From NCBI GenBank assembly GCA_040902655.1, contig JBBDWV010000058.1, positions 1,013 through 65,012 on the forward strand: a DNA stretch of 64,000 nucleotides, in the 5' to 3' direction. Both the position numbers and the translations under genes were made by a program. Shown piece after piece: positions 1-8,106 of this stretch (position 1 is the first letter of the stretch; the number at the start of each line of letters is the position of its first letter). The stretch comes from Mycobacteriales bacterium (lineage in GTDB: Bacteria; Actinomycetota; Actinomycetes; Mycobacteriales; SCTD01). The notes beneath the pieces are model-generated. The model saw only the letters and a program-made list of their open reading frames with translations, had not been told where the DNA came from and did no database searches.

Positions 1-484
1 GGTTCTGGTAGGCGTACGCCAGCGTCTGGCAGTTCGAGCAGTCGGAGTTGACGGCCAGCGCGAGGTTGACCGGAGCGATCACCTCGGCGTCACCGGTGAC
101 GATGACGCCCTCGAGGGCGATCGCGACGGTCTGGCAGTCGTTGCAGGACGCGGCGGCCACAGCGGCGTTGCCCGCATCGACGGTGGCCGCACCGGTGATG
201 ACGACTTTCAGGCGCACGGCGTACACCGTGCTGCCGTCCCTGGTGTTCACCGCGACGGCGGTGTTGTCGTCCCCGCCGGAGGTGGTGCCGGTCCCGTCGG
301 CCGGGGTGGGTGAGCTCGCCGTGTCCGCGGTGCTGAGCGTGTCCAGCGGGCCGTCCAGCATGCGGCCGACGGCCAGCCCGCCGACCAACAGCGCGGCCAG
401 CGCCAGGCTGGCAGCCGTGGCCAGCACGGCCGGCCGGTGGAACGCGGCGCGCAGCCGGGGTGCGGACAGGTGTGGGCGGTGCAT
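1..484 (-). CDS. Exported or membrane-anchored protein with repeated N-x-A-x-A...CxxC units (partial, runs off the left edge; absent from the ORF track)
   Basis: Hand translation from ATG at 484 (AGGAGG RBS just after the upstream stop): MHRPHLSAPRLRAAFHRPAVLATAASLALAALLVGGLAVGRMLDG...DNTAVAVNTRDGSTVYAVRLKVVITGAATVDAGNAAVAAASCNDCQTVAIALEGVIVTGDAEVIAPVNLALAVNSDCSNCQTLAYAYQN. Open for 161 codons with no stop. Basic N-terminus followed by a hydrophobic stretch. Confidence 0.8.
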   Translation of the reverse strand, partial: MHRPHLSAPRLRAAFHRPAVLATAASLALAALLVGGLAVGRMLDGPLDTLSTADTASSPTPADGTGTTSGGDDNTAVAVNTRDGSTVYAVRLKVVITGAATVDAGNAAVAAASCNDCQTVAIALEGVIVTGDAEVIAPVNLALAVNSDCSNCQTLAYAYQN

Positions 485-497
485 CGGGTCCTCCTGG

Positions 498-2378
498 TCA
501 GCCGGCCGGTGACGGCTCGGCGGTCGTGGCGCTGCTCGTGGTCCCGGACGTCGGCTCCGGCGACGGAGCGGCGTCGACCGTCTGCGGCTCGCTCGCCGGC
601 GTCGTCGCGCCGCCTGTCGTCGCCCCGCTGCTGTCGGGTGCGCTGCTCGGCGTGCTGTCCGACGGGCTGCTCGACGCCGTGCCCGACGAGCTGCCGGTGG
701 TGGGAGAGACCGCGGGCGCCGGCAGCTGGCCGCCGTCGGTGGTCGCGCCGTCGCCGGCGCCGTCGGGCGAGGATCCGTCGGTGCCGGCATCTGCCGCGTC
801 GCCGGTGCCGAGCACGCTCGAGCTGCCTTCAGGTACGGCCGGCAGCGGCTCCTGCGCGTCGCCCGGCGAGCGCAGCAGCGGTGCCCCCCTTCCGAGGGTG
901 GACAGCTCCCCGACGTGCTGCTGGACCGTCCCCCGCTCGCCGTCGCGGTAGGGAGTCAGCCGGCCGTCGGGGAACCAGGCGACGGCGAGCGAGACGAGAA
1001 GCGCAGCTCCGCCGGTGATCACGCCGAGCCGGCGTCCCGGCGAACCCTCCGACCAGCGCCAGGCGCCGGCCGCACCACGCCGAGCAACCCTGCTGAGGGT
1101 GTAGCTGATGCCCACGATCGGCAGCAACAACAGGATCAGCTGGGCGGCTGCGACGACGGCGACGGTGCCCCCGGAGGACATCAGCTGGCCGGCGAACCGA
1201 GCGCCGGAGTCCCAGCTGGTCGCCGCGATCCGCGGAGCGGCCAGCAGGAAGTAGCCCAGGTTCAGCACCAGGACGGGGACGAGGACGAACACCCAACCCG
1301 CGACGACGCGGCGCACCCAGGGCTTGAGCTCGGCGACCTCGGGCTCGGTGGCACGGAACGGGATGGCAGAACGCAGGACGGGGCCGATGCGCCGGAACAG
1401 GTCGGGCACGCCCACGAGGTCGCTGACGACGTAGTAGCCGTCCAGCCGCAGGAAGGGCAGCATCTGCTGCAGGACCTGAAGCTGCAGCAGGAAGCAGATC
1501 AGGACGAGCGGCTCGTACCTGGTGGCCGCATAGGTCAATGCCACCAGGACAACGATCATGGCGTTGACGTAGACGCCCCCGAGGTCGGTGCGCAGCCGGC
1601 CCCGCCGGTCCAGCCGGTAGGCGTCGGTGACGTCGGTGTAGAACGCCGGCCAGACGACGTAGATGCCCGCACCCATGCCCCCCGGCCGCGCGCCGCCGTA
1701 CGCGCAGGCGGCAGCATGGCCGAATTCGTGCAGGGCCGCCGATACGACGAGTACGGCGGCCACGAGCAGGAAGACGAACGGCTGCTCCACCGTCGAGCGC
1801 AGCCCCGCACCGACGCCGTGGAGGAAGAACAGCCAGACGTCGACCGCCAGCAACCCCGCCACCACGGCCAGGACGAGCGGCGGCCAGAACACCGGCCGGA
1901 CCACGCCCGCCAGGCGCTGCACGACCTTCGGCGTGAGCAGCCGGGCCCGCAGCCGGAGCCCGAGCAGGGGGTCGGACTCCTGCACCTCCGGGTCGGAACC
2001 ATCGGCGGCGGCGAGGATCCCCAGCGGTCGCAGCTTGTCCACCAGAGCCTGCACGTTGTCGGCGCTGACGGTCTTGCCGTACGTCGCGCTGACCTCCGAG
2101 GCGATCTGCTGCGGAGTGCGCGTTCCATCACACTGCTCGGCGATCTGGTGCAGCAGCATCGAGAGTTGCACCAGTTGTCCGCCCGGGCGACGGGCGAGGT
2201 ACTGGGGTGTCCGGTAGCCGGTCCCGGCGTACTCGCCGAGCAACTGGACGCCGTCGGCGAGCCGTGGCGGGCCGGCCTCGGCTCCCGGACAGGAAGGCGG
2301 AATCGTCCGGGTGTGTCGGCGCGCCGGACATCCGATCATCGGACGCTCGTCGACAGGCCGTTCCTGCGTGACGGTCAT
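498..2378 (-). CDS. M50-family (site-2-type) membrane metallopeptidase with N-terminal PqqD/RRE-like domain and Ser/Thr/Pro-rich C-terminal tail
   Basis: HEFGH zinc motif, PAFYTDVTDAY and LPFLRLDGYY segments, several hydrophobic helices. N-terminal QLSMLLHQIAEQCDGTRTPQQIASEVSATYG...LVDKLRPLGIL matches the PqqD/RRE pattern. GGGAGA RBS before the ATG. Confidence 0.85.
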   Translation of the reverse strand: MTVTQERPVDERPMIGCPARRHTRTIPPSCPGAEAGPPRLADGVQLLGEYAGTGYRTPQYLARRPGGQLVQLSMLLHQIAEQCDGTRTPQQIASEVSATYGKTVSADNVQALVDKLRPLGILAAADGSDPEVQESDPLLGLRLRARLLTPKVVQRLAGVVRPVFWPPLVLAVVAGLLAVDVWLFFLHGVGAGLRSTVEQPFVFLLVAAVLVVSAALHEFGHAAACAYGGARPGGMGAGIYVVWPAFYTDVTDAYRLDRRGRLRTDLGGVYVNAMIVVLVALTYAATRYEPLVLICFLLQLQVLQQMLPFLRLDGYYVVSDLVGVPDLFRRIGPVLRSAIPFRATEPEVAELKPWVRRVVAGWVFVLVPVLVLNLGYFLLAAPRIAATSWDSGARFAGQLMSSGGTVAVVAAAQLILLLLPIVGISYTLSRVARRGAAGAWRWSEGSPGRRLGVITGGAALLVSLAVAWFPDGRLTPYRDGERGTVQQHVGELSTLGRGAPLLRSPGDAQEPLPAVPEGSSSVLGTGDAADAGTDGSSPDGAGDGATTDGGQLPAPAVSPTTGSSSGTASSSPSDSTPSSAPDSSGATTGGATTPASEPQTVDAAPSPEPTSGTTSSATTAEPSPAG

Positions 2379-2429
2379 GGTCTCCCCAGGAGGACGCCGG
2401 GTGTGCGCCTGCCGCCGGGGCAGACGACA

Positions 2430-2460
2430 CGCGGGACCTGCCTGGTCGGCAGGTCCCGCG
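2430..2460. repeat. Perfect 13-bp inverted repeat (stem-loop) between the peptide genes and the peptidase gene
   Basis: cgcgggacctgcc-tggtc-ggcaggtcccgcg. A 16-bp perfect palindrome tcgtcgggcccgacga lies next to it at 2468-2483. Confidence 0.85.
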
Positions 2461-2502
2461 GTCCGGTTCGTCGGGCCCGACGAGATCGCCGGGCGGTCGT
2501 GG

Positions 2503-2706
2503 CTAGTTGCTCTGGTCGATCGTGACGTCCTGCTCGGCGTTGGCGTAGGCCACCGAGTTGTCGGACAGGATGTTGGCCGCGACGGCGGCGTTCACGGGCG
2601 CGGCCAGGTTGGCGTTGATGAGCGACATCTGCTCACGGTCGGGCAGCTGCTCGCCGCCCTGCGCCTGGAGTTCGGCGTCGGTAAGACCTGCGTTGGTGTC
2701 AGTCAT
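2503..2706 (-). CDS. Small acidic precursor-like peptide A1 (67 aa)
   Basis: MTDTNAGLTDAELQAQGGEQLPDREQMSLINANLAAPVNAAVAANILSDNSVAYANAEQDVTIDQSN. GAGGAG RBS. Paralogous to the adjacent peptide. Confidence 0.9.
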   Translation of the reverse strand: MTDTNAGLTDAELQAQGGEQLPDREQMSLINANLAAPVNAAVAANILSDNSVAYANAEQDVTIDQSN

Positions 2707-2753
2707 GACATCTCCTCGAGAGATTGATGGAACGGCTGGTCTGATCGCCGGGG

Positions 2754-2954
2754 TCAGTTCCCCTGGTCGATGTCGGCAACCTGGTCCGCGTCGGCGTAGG
2801 CGATGGCTCCGTCGGAGAGCACATTCGCGGCCACGGCGGCGTTCACCGGCACGGCGATGTTGGCATTCACGAGCGACATCTGCTCGCGGTCGGGGAGCTG
2901 CTCGCCGGAGGCGTGCTCGAGCTCTTCGGCGGACAGACCGGGCTGGTCGCTCAT
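2754..2954 (-). CDS. Small acidic precursor-like peptide A2 (66 aa)
   Basis: MSDQPGLSAEELEHASGEQLPDREQMSLVNANIAVPVNAAVAANVLSDGAIAYADADQVADIDQGN. AGGAGA RBS. 43 identical positions with A1 in a hand alignment. Confidence 0.9.
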   Translation of the reverse strand: MSDQPGLSAEELEHASGEQLPDREQMSLVNANIAVPVNAAVAANVLSDGAIAYADADQVADIDQGN

Positions 2955-3236
2955 GGTTTCTCCTTCTGGTCGGGCGCGGGCGCGGACCGGGTGGACCGCG
3001 CCTGACGGATCCGGACGTGCTGCTGCGGCGAAGCGGCGCCGTTTGTCGGACGAGAGGACCAGACTTCAGGTCGGCTGCAACCGATGCCCGTCGCCCCGGT
3101 TCATCGACGCCGGGAACGGCTTTGGCCTCGTACGCGCCGCTGCTCCTTCACGGCACGACTCCTGCCCGGGAGGGCGACGCGCAATCTCACTCACCCGCAA
3201 GGTTGCCCTGTCCTGTGCGACAGCGGGCCGCCCCGG

Positions 3237-3276
3237 GACGACGTGCACCTCATGTGGACGACGTGCACCTCATGTG
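3237..3276. repeat. Perfect 20-nt tandem duplication in the divergent intergenic region
   Basis: gacgacgtgcacctcatgtg x2. Confidence 0.9.
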
Positions 3277-3348
3277 AGTGACATCCCTCGCCCGCGGCCC
3301 CGATCGGGCAGGTGCTTCACCTGACGCCCTGCGGGGCATGGGGCGGCC

Positions 3349-3855
3349 GTGGCCGACATCGACATCACCACTCTGATACTCGCCGAGCACGACGCCTTCC
3401 GGCGCACCTTCACCGAGATTGGACAGCTCACCGATCCAGAGCAGGTGGCAGGCCGTTGGCGCGACCTGTCCGAGCGGCTGGAGGTGCACGCAGCGGGGGA
3501 GGAGCAGATCTTCTACCCCGAACTGCTTTCCGAGGTGGACGACAGCGAGGGCGATACCGAACACGCGGTCAAGGACCACAACGAGATCAGGGAGGCGACC
3601 CGCAAGGTCGACGACCACGAGGTGGGCAGCCATGCCTGGTGGCAGGCCTTCCGGGACGCACGTGAGGCGACGGTCGATCATCTGGGCGAGGAGGAGAGCG
3701 ACGTCCTGCCGCCGTTCAGGCAGGACGTGCCGGCGGACAAGCGCAGGGACCTCGGCATGCGCTGGGTGCACTTCCTCCAGCAGCACGCGGGGACGAGGGG
3801 GCTGTCCCGCGAGGAGCCCGATCCGGAGGAGTACGTCGAGGAACATACGCCCTAG
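3349..3855 (+). CDS. Hemerythrin/HHE cation-binding domain protein
   Basis: EHDAFR, LEVHAAGEEQIFYP, DHNEI and HLGEEESDVLP reproduce the H/HxxxE/H/HxxxE pattern. Confidence 0.85.
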   Translation: MADIDITTLILAEHDAFRRTFTEIGQLTDPEQVAGRWRDLSERLEVHAAGEEQIFYPELLSEVDDSEGDTEHAVKDHNEIREATRKVDDHEVGSHAWWQAFRDAREATVDHLGEEESDVLPPFRQDVPADKRRDLGMRWVHFLQQHAGTRGLSREEPDPEEYVEEHTP

Positions 3856-3873
3856 GGAAGTACCGTCGTCCGC

Positions 3874-5157
3874 GTGAGCCTTGACGATCCGCGGCGACGG
3901 GTGCCCCGCACCGACGTCGCGCTCGCGGACCCGCGGCTCACCGAGGCGCTCGGCCGCCTCGGTGTCGAACTGGTCAAGGCGGCCGTCCTGCAGGCCCAGG
4001 CACTGGCGCGTACGGGGGAGCTCGCGCCGGAGAGCGTGGTCGACGCCGCCGTAGCCGCCCTGCCGCTCCGCGCGACGACGCTGCGCCCGGTGCTCAACGC
4101 GACCGGGGTCGTGCTGCACACCAACCTGGGACGCGCACCGCTGTCCGCCGCGGCGGTGGACGCGGTGGCCACCGCGGCCGGCTACGTCGACGTGGAGTAC
4201 GACCTCGCGGACGGCTCCCGTGCACGGCGGGGACGCGGGGCGCTGGCGGCGCTGCGCGACGCGGTGCCGGACGCCGAGGACGTGCTGGTCGTCAACAACG
4301 GCGCCGCCGCACTGGTGCTGGCCACCACCGCGCTGGCCGCCGGCCGGGAGGTGGTCGTCAGCCGCGGCGAGATGGTCGAGATCGGCGACGGCTTCCGGCT
4401 CCCCGACCTCATCGCGAGCACCGGAGCGCGGCTTCGTGAGGTCGGCACCACCAACCGCACGCACCTGGGGGACTACGCCAACGCCGTTGGTCCTGAGACC
4501 GGCTGTGTGCTCAAGGTGCACCCGAGCAACTTCCGGGTCGAGGGCTTCACCAGCTCGGTCGAGGTCGAGGAGCTGGCCCGGCTGGGCGCCCCCGTCGTGG
4601 CCGACGTCGGCAGCGGGCTGCTCGCCCCCCACCCGCTGCTACCGGGCGAGCCGGACGCGCGTACCGCGCTCCGGGCCGGCGCCGCCGTCGTCACCGCCAG
4701 CGGGGACAAGCTGCTCGGCGGCCCGCAGGCCGGCCTGCTGCTCGGGCGCGAGGATGTCGTCGAGCGGCTGCGTCGCCACCCGCTGGCCCGTGCGTTGCGG
4801 GTCGACAAGCTGACGCTGGCCGCGCTGGAGGCGACGCTGCGTGGTCCGCTGACACCGACGTGGGCCGCGTTGACGGCCGATCCGGAGCGGCTGCGGGCGC
4901 GGTGTGACCGGCTGGCCGAGCTGGTCGGCGGCCACGTCGTCGCGAGCGCCGGGGCAGTCGGCGGCGGGGGCGCCCCGGGGCAGGTGCTGCCCGGCTGGGC
5001 CGTCGCGCTGCCCGCCGCCTTCGCCGTCCGGCTGCGTGTCGGCGACCCCTGCGTCGTCGGCCGGGTCGAGCGGGACCGCTGCCTGCTGGACCTGCGCTGC
5101 GTGTCCGAGCCCGACGACGAACGGCTGGCCGCGGCCGTACGCGCATGCACGTCGTAG
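3874..5157 (+). CDS. selA: L-seryl-tRNA(Sec) selenium transferase
   Basis: VLNATGVVLHTNLGRAPLS, VVNNGAAAL, SRGEMVEIGDGFRLPD, EVGTTNRTH, KVHPSNF, SGDKLLGGPQAG. Confidence 0.95.
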   Translation: MSLDDPRRRVPRTDVALADPRLTEALGRLGVELVKAAVLQAQALARTGELAPESVVDAAVAALPLRATTLRPVLNATGVVLHTNLGRAPLSAAAVDAVATAAGYVDVEYDLADGSRARRGRGALAALRDAVPDAEDVLVVNNGAAALVLATTALAAGREVVVSRGEMVEIGDGFRLPDLIASTGARLREVGTTNRTHLGDYANAVGPETGCVLKVHPSNFRVEGFTSSVEVEELARLGAPVVADVGSGLLAPHPLLPGEPDARTALRAGAAVVTASGDKLLGGPQAGLLLGREDVVERLRRHPLARALRVDKLTLAALEATLRGPLTPTWAALTADPERLRARCDRLAELVGGHVVASAGAVGGGGAPGQVLPGWAVALPAAFAVRLRVGDPCVVGRVERDRCLLDLRCVSEPDDERLAAAVRACTS

Positions 5158-6908
5158 CCACCGCCGGTCACGTCGACCACGGCAAGAGCACGCTGGTCCG
5201 CGCCCTGACCGGGATGGAACCGGATCGGTGGGCGGAGGAGCGCCGGCGTGGCATGACCATCGACCTCGGGTACGCCTGGACCGAGCTGCCGTCCGAGCAG
5301 GTTCTCGGCTTCGTGGACGTGCCGGGGCATCAGCGGTTCATCGGCAACATGCTCGCGGGCCTCGGTCCGGCGCCGGCCGTGCTCGTGGTCGTCGCTGCCG
5401 ACGAGGGCTGGCGCCGCCAGTCCGGCGAGCACCTTGCCGCGGTGCACGCCCTCGGGCTGACCGCCGGACTGCTCGCCGTCACCCGCAGCGACCTGGCCGA
5501 TCCCGGTCCGGCGACCGACCAGGCGCTGACGCAGCTACGGAGGTCCAGCCTCGGGGAGGTGGATGCGGTCGCCGTGTCGGGCGTGACCGGCGAGGGCGTC
5601 GAGGACCTCCGCGCCGCGCTCGACCGGCTGGTCGCGACGCTGCCCGCACCGGACACGACCTCACCGGTTCGCCTCTGGGTGGACCGTTCGTTCACCGTCC
5701 GCGGCAGCGGAACGGTCGTCACCGGCACGCTCGCCGCCGGCACCCTGCGGGTCGGCGACGAGCTCCAGCTCCGCGGTCGCAGCGTCCGGGTACGTGGGCT
5801 GCAGAGTCTCGGAGCGTCGTACGACGAGGTGCCGGCGGTGGCCCGCGTCGCGGTGAACCTGCGCGGTCTGGAGCGGGAGGAGGTCGTGCGCGGCGACACG
5901 CTGCTCACGCCGGGCGCCTGGCGCGAGACGGCGGGGATGGACGTCCGCCTCACGGCTGATCCCCGCTCGATGCCGTCGGAACTGGTGCTGCACGTCGGCT
6001 CGACCGGTGTCGCGGTTCGGGTGCGGCCGCTCGGCGAGGACACCGCCCGGCTGGTGCTGCACCGGCCGCTGCCGTTGCGCCCGGGTGACCGGGCGCTGCT
6101 GCGCGACCCCGGTGCGCAGGCGGTCACCTCGGGCGTGCTCGTGCTCGACGTCGACCCGCCGGAGCTACGCCGGCGCGGTGCGGCCGCCGACCGGGCGCAG
6201 ACCCTGGCGGGAGCCGGTGGCGTGCCTGACCTCGCCGCCGAGGTGGCCCGCCGGGGAGCGGTCCGGAGCTCGGAGCTGGCGTCGCTCGGCGTACCGCTGG
6301 ACGACCTCACGGCGGTCCGGGTCGAGGGGGACTGGCTGGTGGACCTCCGGCAGTGGCAGGCCTGGACCGCCGGGCTGGCGCGAGCCGTCGACGCCCACGC
6401 CGCGGCCGCACCGCTCGAGGCCGGTCTGCCCGCGGAGGCTGCCCGGCAGGCACTCGCGCTCCCGGACGCCCGCCTGCTGCCGGGCCTGCTGGCCGCCGCG
6501 GGGCTCGAGGCCGCTGCCGGCCGGCTGCGGCGTCCCGGCACGACACCGAGCCTGGGTGTGGCCGAGGCGGCGGTGGCTGAGCTCGAAGCCCGCTTGAAGG
6601 AAAACCCTTTTGCCGCAGCCGACTCGCCGGACCTGGACGCGCTGCGTCTCGGGCCGCGCGAGCTGGCTGCCGCCGAGCGCGCCGGCCGGTTGCTGCGGAT
6701 CGGCGGCGACGTCGTGCTCCTCCCGGACGGCCCGGCCCGCGCCATGCGGGTGCTCGCCGGCCTGCCCCAGCCCTTCACCCTCAGCGCTGCGCGACAGGCG
6801 CTGGGCACCACGCGGCGGGTCGCCGTACCCCTGTTGGAGCACCTGGACGGCCGTGGCTGGACGCGTCGGGTGGACGACCGCCTGCGGGAGGTCCGGCGCG
6901 GAGGCTAG
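5145..6908 (+). CDS. selB: Selenocysteine-specific translation elongation factor
   Basis: [42 protein letters not shown], and a C-terminal winged helix [13 protein letters not shown]. Overlaps selA. Confidence 0.93.
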   Translation: MHVVATAGHVDHGKSTLVRALTGMEPDRWAEERRRGMTIDLGYAWTELPSEQVLGFVDVPGHQRFIGNMLAGLGPAPAVLVVVAADEGWRRQSGEHLAAVHALGLTAGLLAVTRSDLADPGPATDQALTQLRRSSLGEVDAVAVSGVTGEGVEDLRAALDRLVATLPAPDTTSPVRLWVDRSFTVRGSGTVVTGTLAAGTLRVGDELQLRGRSVRVRGLQSLGASYDEVPAVARVAVNLRGLEREEVVRGDTLLTPGAWRETAGMDVRLTADPRSMPSELVLHVGSTGVAVRVRPLGEDTARLVLHRPLPLRPGDRALLRDPGAQAVTSGVLVLDVDPPELRRRGAAADRAQTLAGAGGVPDLAAEVARRGAVRSSELASLGVPLDDLTAVRVEGDWLVDLRQWQAWTAGLARAVDAHAAAAPLEAGLPAEAARQALALPDARLLPGLLAAAGLEAAAGRLRRPGTTPSLGVAEAAVAELEARLKENPFAAADSPDLDALRLGPRELAAAERAGRLLRIGGDVVLLPDGPARAMRVLAGLPQPFTLSAARQALGTTRRVAVPLLEHLDGRGWTRRVDDRLREVRRGG

Positions 6909-6939
6909 CGTCGGCACCTCCGACGAGAAGAGGTTCCTC

Positions 6940-8106
6940 ATGCCCCAGGAAGTTCGTGGAGTCGTGGCCCTGGCCAAGGGCGCACCGGTGACGGTGGAGA
7001 CGATCGTGATCCCCGACCCGGGGCCGCACGAGGTGGTGGTGCGGGTGGAGACCTGTGGGGTCTGCCACACCGACCTGCACTACCGCGAGGGTGGCATCAA
7101 CGACGACTTCCCTTTCCTGCTCGGCCACGAGGCCGCTGGGCGGGTCGAGACCGTGGGTGACGCGGTGACCGCCGTGGCACCTGGGGACCGGGTCGTGCTG
7201 GCGTGGCGGGCACCCTGCGGGGAGTGCCGCGCCTGCCGGCGTGGCCGGCCCTGGTACTGCTTCGACAGCCGGCACTCCGGTTCGCCGATGACCCTGAAGG
7301 ACGGCACCGCACTGACATCGGCGCTCGGCCTCGGCGCGTTCGCGGAGAAGACCCTGGTCGGTGAGGGCGCCTGCATCCGGGTGGACGAGCGGGCCGATCC
7401 GGCCGCGGCGGGTCTGCTCGGCTGCGGGGTCATGGCCGGCTGGGGTGCGGCGGTGAACACCGCGCCGGTCCGGCAGGGCGACACCGTCGCGGTCCTCGGC
7501 TGCGGTGGGGTCGGGGACGCGGCCATCGCGGGTGCGGTCTACGCCGGCGCGCGACAGGTGATCGCGGTCGACCTCGACGACCGCAAGCTGGCGTGGGCCA
7601 CCGGCTTCGGCGCGACGCACACCGTCAATGCGGAAACGGGTGACGTGGTGCAGGCGCTGCGCGACCTGACCGGCGGCTTCGGCCCCGATGTGGTCATCGA
7701 CGCGGTCGGCCGCCCGGAGACCTACCAGCAGGCGTTCCAGGCCCGCGACCTGGCCGGCACCGTCGTCCTGGTCGGTGTGCCGACACCGTCGATGCGGCTG
7801 GAGATGCCGCTGATCGACTTCTTCGGCCACGGTGGCGCCCTCAAGTCCTCCTGGTACGGCGACTGCCTGCCCACCCGCGACTTCCCGCTGCTGATCGACC
7901 TCTTCCTGCAGGGCCGCTTCGCGCTGGACGCCTTCGTCAGCGAGCGGATCGCGCTGGACGAGGTCGAGCAGGCGTTCCACCGGATGGAGCGGGGTGAGGT
8001 GCTGCGAAGCGTGGTCGTGCTGGAAGCACGCGGGGAGGGGACCGTGCTGGAAGCACGCGGGGAGGGGACCGTGCTGGAAGCACGCGAGGAAGGGACCGGG
8101 CTCTGA
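6940..8106 (+). CDS. mscR: S-(hydroxymethyl)mycothiol dehydrogenase (zinc-dependent ADH)
   Basis: [23 protein letters not shown], structural Zn cysteines CGECRAC...[12 protein letters not shown]. Start moved to the ATG at 6940. Followed by the usual MBL partner gene. Confidence 0.9.
   Translation: MPQEVRGVVALAKGAPVTVETIVIPDPGPHEVVVRVETCGVCHTDLHYREGGINDDFPFLLGHEAAGRVETVGDAVTAVAPGDRVVLAWRAPCGECRACRRGRPWYCFDSRHSGSPMTLKDGTALTSALGLGAFAEKTLVGEGACIRVDERADPAAAGLLGCGVMAGWGAAVNTAPVRQGDTVAVLGCGGVGDAAIAGAVYAGARQVIAVDLDDRKLAWATGFGATHTVNAETGDVVQALRDLTGGFGPDVVIDAVGRPETYQQAFQARDLAGTVVLVGVPTPSMRLEMPLIDFFGHGGALKSSWYGDCLPTRDFPLLIDLFLQGRFALDAFVSERIALDEVEQAFHRMERGEVLRSVVVLEARGEGTVLEARGEGTVLEAREEGTGL
8017..8097 (+). 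repeat. 27-nt in-frame tandem repeat x3 (VLEARGEGT) at the mscR 3' end
   Basis: gtgctggaagcacgcggggaggggacc twice plus one degenerate copy. Confidence 0.9.

Noticed and set aside
2503-2954. Peptides as lanthipeptide/SapB, sactipeptide, lasso, thiopeptide or daptide precursors
   Set aside because: No Cys, no lasso Thr(-2)/Gly-Asp ring pattern with a cyclase, the C-terminus is Asn rather than the Thr of daptides, and none of the class-defining enzymes is visible in the window.
2503-2954. Peptides as chaplins or rodlins
   Set aside because: Only the short xPVN resemblance is shared. There is no Sec signal peptide and no chaplin GN...CGN cysteine pattern.
3000-3230. tRNA-Sec (selC) or a riboswitch upstream of selA or the peptide operon
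   Set aside because: The cttcagg at about 3064 is not in a tRNA-Sec cloverleaf (no acceptor stem or T-loop), and no riboswitch consensus was recognised.
3310-3340. SigB/SigF-type promoter (GCTTC-N14-GGGGCAT) before the hemerythrin gene
   Set aside because: The match is too degenerate in GC-rich DNA to support without TSS data.
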